A DNA stretch of 64,000 nucleotides from Lophium mytilinum (taxonomy: Eukaryota). The stretch covers positions 1,193,566-1,257,565 of the forward strand of contig MU004195.1 in the NCBI GenBank assembly GCA_010093605.1, read 5' to 3'. Numbering within the stretch: position 1 is the stretch's first letter; every line of letters starts with the position of its first letter. This document shows, piece after piece, positions 22,971 to 32,445 of this stretch. The position numbers were made by a program, and so were the translations under genes. The notes below the pieces were generated by a model. The model worked only from the letters and a program-made list of their open reading frames with translations, had not been told where the DNA came from and made no database searches.

Positions 22971-25539
22971 ATGGCGATGACAACACGCGTGGGGAGGCTG
23001 CTGAGCCGTCGCACAACTCTGGTAAGCCCCAAACAACTCCAATTGCACCCTCGGCACCGGCTAACAACCACAGTTTCGACCAAGCATACCTTTCCGACCG
23101 GCCGCCGCATATATACGGCCATGGACCGCTATCCGACAGCTCTCTAAGACTACATATGGCTTAGATAGCCCCGACGTCTTTCCCTCCATGAAAGACGGCC
23201 CCGGTGCCGACTTCCTCTCAACCTTCCAAACCACGACCACTATTCCTCAAACTCTCACCGAGAAGATCGTTCAAAAATATGCGGTCGATATCGCGCCTGG
23301 GAAGACCCTCAGATCCGGAGATTATGTCTCCCTCAAGCCACACCGATGTATGACTCATGACAATACCTGGCCGGTGGCTTTGAAATTCATGTCTATTGGA
23401 GCTTCCAAAATCGACAACCCAGACCAGATCGTCATGACTCTAGACCACGATGTTCAGAACAAGAGCGAGAAGAACCTCACAAAATATCGGCAGATTGAAG
23501 AGTTTGCCAGAAAGCAGGACGTCCGCTTTTACCCTGCTGGCAGAGGCATTGGTCATCAAATAATGGTAGAGGAGGGCTACGCTTGGCCCGGGACCCTCGC
23601 CGTAGCTTCTGACAGCCACACAAACATGTACGGAGGCATTGGATGTCTGGGCACGCCAGTGGTGCGGACCGACGCAGCGAGTATCTGGGCAACGGGCCGG
23701 ACCTGGTGGCAGATCCCACCTGTGGCCAAAGTGAACTTCACAGGAACTCTACCTGAAGGAGTCACAGGGAAGGATGTCATTGTTGCGCTATGCGGCCTGT
23801 TCAACAACGATCAGGTTCTCAACCATGCCATCGAGTTTACTGGAAGTCAAGAAACGCTGCGCAGTCTCCCCGTTGACCACCGGCTAGCTATCGCGAACAT
23901 GACCACCGAGTGGGGCGCTCTTACTGGTCTCTTCCCAATCGATTCTGTACTTCATGGGTGGCTGCGAGCAAAGGCCACAGAAGCTGCCATGTATGAGTCC
24001 GAGTCACAACTTATCGACACTAGTGCGAGCAAGCAGTTCCAGCACTCGGAAATCGATAAGCTTTTCAAAGCTACCGGAATCGCAGGTCAACAAACTGGTC
24101 CCATCTTTACCCCAGCTCTCAGCGCGGACAAAGGTGCAACTTATGCTAAAGAGCTCTTCCTTGATCTCTCAAGTCTTTCGCCCTACGTGGCAGGTCCGAA
24201 CTCTGTCAAGGTTGCCACACCTCTCAAGGACCTTCAGGCGCAGGATATCACTGTTAACAAAGCTTACCTCGTTTCTTGCACCAACTCCCGTGCTTCAGAT
24301 ATCGCATCTGCTGCCAAAGTATTCAAAGACGCTGCAGCAGCAAATGACGGCAAGATTCCGAGAGTCCCTTCTCACGTGAATTTCTACATTGCCGCAGCAT
24401 CGCTTCAGGAACAACGTGCCGCTGAGGAACAAGGAGATTGGCAAGTGCTTCTTGAAGCTGGAGCACAGCCTCTCCCCTCTGGATGCGGACCTTGCATTGG
24501 TCTCGGCACTGGGCTTCTGGAGCCAGGCGAAGTCGGTATCAGCGCTAGCAATCGCAATTTCAAAGGCCGTATGGGCTCCACAGATGCCAAAGCATATCTA
24601 GCTAGCCCTGAAGTCGTAGCGGCCAGCGCACTCTCGGGAAAGATATCAGGACCCGGATGGTACGAACCACCCGCTGATTGGGCCGGTGTGCAGCTCGGAG
24701 AGGGCGACGGCATCAAGGATGAAGACCGCATGATGACCATCGAGGATTTGCTCGAGAAAGTCATCAGGCAAGCAGACGAAATGATCGAGTCTGTCGAGCC
24801 AGCCGAGACCTCAGCCGCTTCCAACATACCACCAACTCCCGAGTCGGAAAGCCTCACGACCATCCTCCCTGGTTTCCCTGAAAAGATCGGCGGCGAAATC
24901 GTTTTCGTGGATGCTGATAACATCAACACCGACGCCATCTACCCGGGCAAATACACGTACCAAGACGACGTTCCCCGCGACGTCATGGCCGAAGTGTGCA
25001 TGGAGAACTACGACACCACCTTCCGCTCCACCGCCAAGGCCGGCGATATTCTCGTCGCTGGTTTCAACTTCGGGTGTGGAAGTAGCAGAGAGCAGGCCGC
25101 AACCGCAATTCTCGCCAAGGGAATCCCACTCGTGGTTGCTGGCAGCTTCGGGAACATATTCAGCCGCAACAGCATCAACAACGCGCTTATGGGCGTTGAG
25201 GTGCCAAAGCTCACGAACCGTCTCCGTGAGGTGTTCTCGGAGAAAGAGGTTTCGTCAAACCAGCAGGACATCACAGAGCCAGAGAAGAACAGCGACTCGC
25301 TGGACTCGCCGAAACCGGGCCCGGTCGCACAGCCTGCGCAAGCTAAGCAACTGACCCGCCGGACCGGGTGGACGCTGGAGTGGGATGTCAAGCGGAGTAG
25401 GGTCAATGTCCAAGAAGGCCCTGGAGGTGAGTCGTGGAGTGTCAAGGTTGGCGAGCTACCGCCGAATGTGCAAGAGATTATTGCGCTTGGTGGGTTGGAG
25501 AACTGGGTCAAGAACAAGATTGGGATGGGTCAGGCCTAG
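22971..25539 (+). CDS. LYS4: Homoaconitase, mitochondrial (intron 23022-23073)
   Basis: Arg-rich presequence, [22 protein letters not shown], Fe-S ligands SCTNSR and [15 protein letters not shown], swivel domain [11 protein letters not shown]. Confidence 0.97.
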
Positions 25540-27192
25540 ATGAGACTAGTGGAGTGTAAAACAAAAAGGTGAGGTCGGCTGGGGTCAAAAGGAGGATGCA
25601 TGTAGTTAGATTTTGTGCTTGTACATAGTATACCCACGTTTCATTTCAGCATCTCGTTTCTTGCGTTTGTCAATGGTACCAACTCAAGCTTATCATTTCT
25701 GCTACCTCCAGGGGCTCCTCAGGCTCCTTCCTACCCCCGCCAAACTCAACAGCCACAGGCCCGATCTGAGGGGCGCGAGAAGGAGTCATCACCTCAGCAT
25801 CCAGAATCTCCTAATGGGTTAACAACAGAGTGTTTTGGATCGTAATAAGGAACATCAGGTCAAGGAAGAATGAATGTTTAGTATTGTCTTACAATCGACA
25901 ACAATAGGTGTGTAGTTAGGAGTTGATGAAGCTAAGTACAGAAGCACGAAATGCGATTTCCTTTTTACAAATATCGGCTCACAGTATTACATAAACGGCG
26001 GTTCAGTCGAGGCTTGATATTGGAAGAAATGGAACGACTTTAGAGAAGGCTAATGATAATCGCTGAAGGGGCGAACAGATGGTCCGTCTTGTATGGGTAT
26101 CGATGTTATGGCTTCCACCTCTAGATACCCTGTCATACGACAGTTTTGTGGTCAATGCCTCCCCCACTAACTGTCACGAACAGTAAATGCCTGGGCCGTC
26201 GTTCTTTTGAGCTGTTTATAGAAATTTTCCAACTTAGTGTAGCTTTATAGTCCTAGCCTTGAAAAACGATAAGGGCCTACTTGTAAGTCTGTTTTATTAC
26301 GGTCATTGTTTTGCGACCTCGGGAAAATTGGATGTTGTAATAAAGTTCGTCCACGTGTCGAGGGCTGGTGCCAAGGCAAACATCGGACTTCTCCGCGCCC
26401 CCCACAACCTCCCAGCCTCCTTTCCATCCCGTGTCACCTCAGAATGCACACCTACACGCTACCCGCGAAAACTTGGACGTACCCCAATAGTATTTGAAGA
26501 ATGGTCAGTATTACCCGCTGAGCAGTACTGATTTATTGACACACTTTAGAACAGCCCCGACGTCGGTCGTACAACAACTGCAACCAGGTAATACTTAAGC
26601 AAGCTGCGTATACGTTGGTCGCATGGAAAGCAAGCCTAGCAGGCAATCGGCAATAGTTCTGTTAGACAGCATGCCGATTAGTAGGTGGCCCCATCGGTGG
26701 GACTCTGGATCTGTGTTGCGATTGGCTCTATCATAACTTTCAAGATAGCATTTCCTTTTCCGCTTCAATGATAAGTGCAAGACACTAGAAAGAAGATCTG
26801 AAAACCCCTCCATTTCATTCGTAACATGAGTCTATGGCTACGATAACTTCCGAATTGTGATTCGATACGATGATACCTAACCCAAATCAAGCCTATCATT
26901 TCAGAGGGCCTTCCCTTCAACACACTCCCCGTTTACGGCTTGACGAAGCCGGCAGGGGTGGTCTCACTCATCCATCTGTTTTTCTGTTGGTATGTACCAA
27001 ATCCTGGCTGTATCGACATCATCGACGAGCTCGACATGCTCGTTGCAGCGCTACGCGCTTTCCCGCACTGCCACGGATCGACAAATAAAACACTCTCAGG
27101 CGGGGTGTGGTGACTGTGCAGACTCTTCAGTCCATCGTTCGAGTAATGTATGTATCTCCATATGCGGCATCTATACCAGAGCCTCTGGCGTA

Positions 27193-27263
27193 CGGAGTCG
27201 ATCCATCTAAATGGCCACTCCCACAAGCACCCCTCTCCGCAGAGGGCAACCGCTTCACAGCAA
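27193..27263 (+). repeat. 71-bp inverted copy of coding sequence from the gene at 17003-19268
   Basis: Reverse complement of 17827-17897 with 4 mismatches; encodes GVDPSKWPLP(P/Q)APLSAEGNRFTA. Confidence 0.95.
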
Positions 27264-27873
27264 TATACAGTTCAGATCGGTCTCCAAAACCATTGCGAAT
27301 CGAGATGTCATTTCCACACGTCTGATTCAGCGCTTCCGGAAATGGCATCCTCCTTTTCAAACCCCCGCAACCTCCTGGGGCGCCCGAAGCCGTATCAACC
27401 CCCCAAAACGATCGCACGAGAATATACGATTTGAAGCGTCTGGAAAACAGTTGCAAACAGACGCCGAAGGAACTACGCGGAGGGGCCCCTAAGTGGGCAT
27501 GCTTTCTGTGCTTAAAGGTATATTTCATGCATTGATCAGTAACTACGTTGTGGGCTCGCTTGCGCCCTCTATGACCGACGTTATTCACTGGAACTCCCAG
27601 CTTCCGGCTTTAAGCGCGGTGCCTCAATCGAAATCCGTGATTCACCATTTTGCTGGACCGAGCACGTCTGACCTGCTGGCTTTCACACCCGCGGCTTTCC
27701 GTTCCCGCACAAAGTCTCGACCTCACAACTCACTACTCCCAGCTCCTCGCGCCTACACAACACACCACACCTTCAACCACTTCACTACCCTGCAACCTCA
27801 TCACCCACCACCTTGCTCCGACCTGTGTGTGCCTCCATCGATAGAGCTCCCCTGACTCGTCTCCTTAGCAACA

Positions 27874-30756
27874 ATGGCCGGTGTTCAGCGTCGCCAGCGC
27901 GCTGGCTTCGTTGGCGCTGCCATTGATGTCGGCCCGTCCATCCTCGCGGCCGTCGGTGGTGCGATCGGTGGTGGTACTGCCTTGACATTCCTATCGCCAT
28001 TTGGAAAGGACACGTCAGATGAGCCGACATTCGATCCATCGCTACGTATCCAGCAGCAAAAAGCGTCAGATACTCCTCTTTCTGAGAAAATCTTACGCGA
28101 TGACGCCATCTTTACGGTCACTTCGTTCACCGCTCCCTCAAATGCTTCCTCCTCCGCATCGATATCCGCGAATCCATCCCTGTCAACCTCCTCCGATACG
28201 ATACCATCCCCTCCGACCTCTCAAAACTCTTCGTCCCCTCCACTGCGCTCTGGAGTAGCGTCGACGATCTCCCTCAATGATGTCGCAGGCTTTCTTGGAG
28301 GGGCCAATGTCAACAGCGAGACTGCAACGGCTCTCGGCCTTGTACTGCTACACCGTTATGGACCTTCCCTCCTGACTCGCATACCAGGTTTCAAGAGCAC
28401 GAAGATGAAGGGGCTCATCAATGTAGCGGCCTCATTCATACCACAATTTGCCACAGCTAATCCCCAGTTCTATCTCCTGGACAGATACCTGAACCTTGCC
28501 GAAGAAGGATACAAATACGCCTCTGGATGGGAAGATGCAGTCGTTGTGGACCTTCGCGCACAGCTGCAACTAGCGAAGGATGAGTCGATAGGTCTGAGAA
28601 AACTGTTGGACGATGCAAATCTCGATCACGGACTCATCCTTGCCCGCAAAATTGATGATTACCTCCTAGATGTCGAGAAACTCGAGCAAAATCACAAGCT
28701 AGAAAAAGACGACCTGACGACGAGGTTGAGGAACGAGATTGCGAGCCGGCTGGAATCGCAACAGAAAGCTGCGGCCCTGTATCAACAGGTTCAAAGAGAG
28801 AAAGACGAAGCGTTGAGTGAGATCACCAGTTTGAAGCGTGGCGCCCAGTCTCAGAATGACGAGATAGTCTCTCTCAGAAAAGAGAATGCTACTCTTGCCC
28901 ACAAGAACGATTCGCTCCGCCTTTGCCTTCAGACTGAAAAGGAAGGTCGGGAGGCCGATCTTACCAATCATCGCGCTCAACTAGTCTCTAAAGACTCAAA
29001 GTACGAAAATGCTTCGCTTCAATTCCAGTCACAACTCGAAGCTTCCCAAATGGAGATCTGTGCCCTTAAGTGTGAAGCGGAGAAACTTCGCTCTGCGAAC
29101 GCAGCTCTGGAGTGTAAGGTCAACGCTTCCACGACTCAGATTGAACAATTGGAAGCGGATCGCAAGAAAGAGAAGACCATGAGCTCGCTGGAAGTTGAAA
29201 AACTCCAGGCTAAACTTGAAACCACCCAGCAGAAGCTGACAGATGAGATTGCGCGTTCGACTAAAAGCCGCCAGACTTTAGAAGAGGAGCGCACGGCTCG
29301 GAAGCAGGAAGCAGAGGCCAAGGATAAGGACGACGAGGTTTCTAGGCAGCTTCTCGACTCTAAGGACTCCGAACTTGCCGAAGCCAAGAACGAGCAGGAT
29401 ACCCTTCGAACCAAGTTGGAGAAAGCCTCCGCAGAGCACGAGAAAGACCAAACCTGCTTTACAGCTAAGACTAAAAGTCTCATCTCAGATGCTGAAAGAC
29501 TCCTCGAAGACAATCAACGTCTCAGCAACGACTTACGCTCCTCTTTCGAAAAGCACGAAATCTCTCTGGGGACCGTAGTCAAGCAGCATGAAGATGTGTT
29601 GGCGCAAATACAGCAACGCCATAAGACTGAAGTGGCTGACCTCTCTTCGAAGATTCGAGATACCCAGAAAGAGGCTGAGGCCCTGAAGACTGAAGTCGAT
29701 GAGTCGAAGGCCGAAATAACTAAGGTCAGGTTAGAGAACAAAGATCTCGAAGGCGAGTACAAGAAGCTGAAGGCAGAATACGGCAAGCTCCAGGGAGATT
29801 ATGCTGGTGCCCTCAAAGAAAACGGGCCAAAGTCTCATGGCAAGGCCGCTCTGGAAGCACAGAGCTTCAGCCCAGGCCATTTCAATATGCCGGATCTTAG
29901 TCCTGTCGTATTCCACCCGAGCAGGCAGCTGCAAGAGGCCCAAGACCAGGCTAGGCAGCACCAAAACTTGGAAACCCACCGGCAAAGCGTGGATGCGCTG
30001 CTACTCAAGTTCACGAAGTTGTTCAAAGAGATTCATCAGCTAAAAGCCTTTCAGAGCAAGAAACAACAGGCCAATCAAATTGACAAGCGTCGAAACCTAG
30101 TATCTTTTACCCCCGAGGAGTCATGGCAGCTGGGACAACGGTTGGACGATGAGACCAAGCTACTAAAGGCCGTCTTAAGCAACATATTCGCTCCCATCAT
30201 TGGGCTAAAAACCGCTAGCTACTTTCGAGATGTGATTGAAGGGTTCAGCCATTTCTCAAAGGCAGCGGCCGAGGACCTAGCGTACAGCCATGTAGAATAT
30301 AAAGAAACAAGGGACAAGCGGAACGTATTGACCGGTCCCCAATGGCATGAAATTCTCGATACGCTCAAGAAAAGGAAAGAAGAGTTCTTGAGAGACCAGT
30401 CTATCCCGAAGGAGGCCTTTAGTCAACTGCAACTGGTACCTGTTACGAATTCACGCACGAAGAAGCCAGGAGAGGTCACCAAGCCGGAGGTGACCGAGCC
30501 GGACTTTACGAATCTTCCCTCAAGTCAAGAGTTAAGTCAGTACGTGTCCACAGACAGACCTACCCTTTTTACAGACATTCTGGGTCACCTTGGCGTGCCG
30601 GCCAAAACGATTGCGGCGAAGGAGGTCTCCAAGCGGCTGGAGGAAGTTGCACATAAGAAGCGAGAGCGTAAGACTGGAAATTTAATCTTCACGCTCAAGG
30701 CTGCTGCGGGTGTCGACGTCAAGGAAACATCCGACAAGACCGCCAAAATTTACTAA
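27874..30756 (+). CDS. Orphan protein A (960 aa): hydrophobic N domain, long coiled coil, helical C domain
   Basis: Long intronless ORF, ACAATGG start context, E/K/L/Q-rich heptad middle; homologous to the ORFs at 32446 and 38447. Confidence 0.85.
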   Translation: MAGVQRRQRAGFVGAAIDVGPSILAAVGGAIGGGTALTFLSPFGKDTSDEPTFDPSLRIQQQKASDTPLSEKILRDDAIFTVTSFTAPSNASSSASISANPSLSTSSDTIPSPPTSQNSSSPPLRSGVASTISLNDVAGFLGGANVNSETATALGLVLLHRYGPSLLTRIPGFKSTKMKGLINVAASFIPQFATANPQFYLLDRYLNLAEEGYKYASGWEDAVVVDLRAQLQLAKDESIGLRKLLDDANLDHGLILARKIDDYLLDVEKLEQNHKLEKDDLTTRLRNEIASRLESQQKAAALYQQVQREKDEALSEITSLKRGAQSQNDEIVSLRKENATLAHKNDSLRLCLQTEKEGREADLTNHRAQLVSKDSKYENASLQFQSQLEASQMEICALKCEAEKLRSANAALECKVNASTTQIEQLEADRKKEKTMSSLEVEKLQAKLETTQQKLTDEIARSTKSRQTLEEERTARKQEAEAKDKDDEVSRQLLDSKDSELAEAKNEQDTLRTKLEKASAEHEKDQTCFTAKTKSLISDAERLLEDNQRLSNDLRSSFEKHEISLGTVVKQHEDVLAQIQQRHKTEVADLSSKIRDTQKEAEALKTEVDESKAEITKVRLENKDLEGEYKKLKAEYGKLQGDYAGALKENGPKSHGKAALEAQSFSPGHFNMPDLSPVVFHPSRQLQEAQDQARQHQNLETHRQSVDALLLKFTKLFKEIHQLKAFQSKKQQANQIDKRRNLVSFTPEESWQLGQRLDDETKLLKAVLSNIFAPIIGLKTASYFRDVIEGFSHFSKAAAEDLAYSHVEYKETRDKRNVLTGPQWHEILDTLKKRKEEFLRDQSIPKEAFSQLQLVPVTNSRTKKPGEVTKPEVTEPDFTNLPSSQELSQYVSTDRPTLFTDILGHLGVPAKTIAAKEVSKRLEEVAHKKRERKTGNLIFTLKAAAGVDVKETSDKTAKIY

Positions 30757-31169
30757 AAAAAGAAACCAGCACACACCTGCCCTCGTCCCAGTTTCTTTAT
30801 GGTGCAAGTCATCATATGCAGCCTAACAGCTGTATGTGTTTGACAAAGCAACATAAAGGGATTGGTGGCGAGGGTATGGGAGGCCACCTGACCTAACAGT
30901 TGGGGGCCGCGTGCTGGTTTCACCAAAAATCATCCGGTCTTGTTGGTGGAAAAGGGGTTGTATGAAGTACCGGTATTGGTAGAACTCTCTGTGTTTAGCA
31001 CGGGGTTGGTTACTTTTGCGATGAATCATCTTTCGGTATGGACGGGTGTTGATAGGAATAATGAAGCTAAAATCAAGTCAAAAATCTCATATGTGCTGAT
31101 TTGCACTGCATATGTGTTTCGAACTGTCTAAGCAAACAGATCTGTCTCTGCCTGGCTAAATCCTGCTCA

Positions 31170-32145
31170 CTCGACGCCACTGTAGGGGGTCGCCTGGTCC
31201 AAGAGCAACCAGATAATCAAGAGGTAGTATAATCTGCACTGCTTAAAACTTGACATCATTTTGGATTTTTGAAGTCTTGTCGAGGTACCTCATACAGTGG
31301 TAAACCAGGGGTAAGCGTGGTGGACATGTATTTTGGCTATGCTCGTGCGAGTAAAACGGCACTGTGAGGAGGGGACTGGGTGGGAAGAAGATAGTTGAGT
31401 AAATGGTAGTCCGGTTCCTGCAGCTTCGACTTCTGCATTAGTTCACGGAACTAGAAACTTAGTACACAGATGTTGCACTACTGTAGCTAGGATCTTGCAA
31501 GCGGGATAATACTGTAAGGAGAGGACTAGAGGGTAGAAAGAGAGTTGGGTAAAGGGAAGTCTAATTCCTATAGCTTCGATTTCTACATAGATTAGAGAGC
31601 TAGAAATCTAATACACGAATATGGCACTGCTATAGACAGGCTCTTGCTGGCGGGATAATACTGTAAGGAGTGGACTAGGTGGGAAGGAGACAGTAAAGCA
31701 GAAGGTTGTCTAATTTCTACCGCTTAAATACCGCTTTATTTTCTGTGTTATACTTAGAGACCTAGAAATACAGCCCACATAAATTTTACTAATTTAGCTA
31801 AGCTCTTGCAAGCGGGATAACACTGTAAGGAGTAGCCTGGGTAGGAAAGATATAGTTTAGTAAAAGTTAGTCTAATTTATAAGCTTTAACTTTTATATTA
31901 TATTTAGACAGCTAAAATTCTAGTATATAGATATTGCACTCCTTAGGTGCTATTCTTGCGCGCACGATGCCACGATCAGGAGTAGCCTGGGTAGAAAGGA
32001 GGTACTTAAGCAAAAGGTAGTCTGATGCTGCAGCGTTGTCTTCTATATCGTGTTTGGAGGGCTAAAATCCTAATATATAGGTATCCCACTACTCAGGCTT
32101 TACTTTTGCCCGCTCGGTAGCACTGTTAGGAGTAGCCTGGATATC
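31170..32145 (-). repeat. Left tandem array, ~7 units of ~150-180 bp, reverse orientation
   Basis: ACTGT.AGGAG cores near 31179, 31361, 31511, 31660, 31822, 31972 and 32122, preceded by TCTTGC..GC and followed by ..AAAGGTAGTCT. Confidence 0.88.
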
Positions 32146-32445
32146 CGGTAAATAGTAGCAAGAAATAGTGCTTACCCAGGTATGATCTTCGTTCGTAAAC
32201 TTATCTGCCGCCACTGACCTTATCGATCTAGCATTCACTACTTCACACAAGCACAACACGCCGGACTTTCAGTTTCACCGATTTCCGTTTCCGCACGAAG
32301 ACTTAACCTCGCAGCTCCCAACTCCCGGCCCCTCCATCTCACACACACACACCTACAACCACATCAAGAAACCCACCACTTCACTTCCAGATCTGCGCAC
32401 AAACTACCACCGCACCATCTCCGCTGTCTCTGTCTGTTAGTCACA

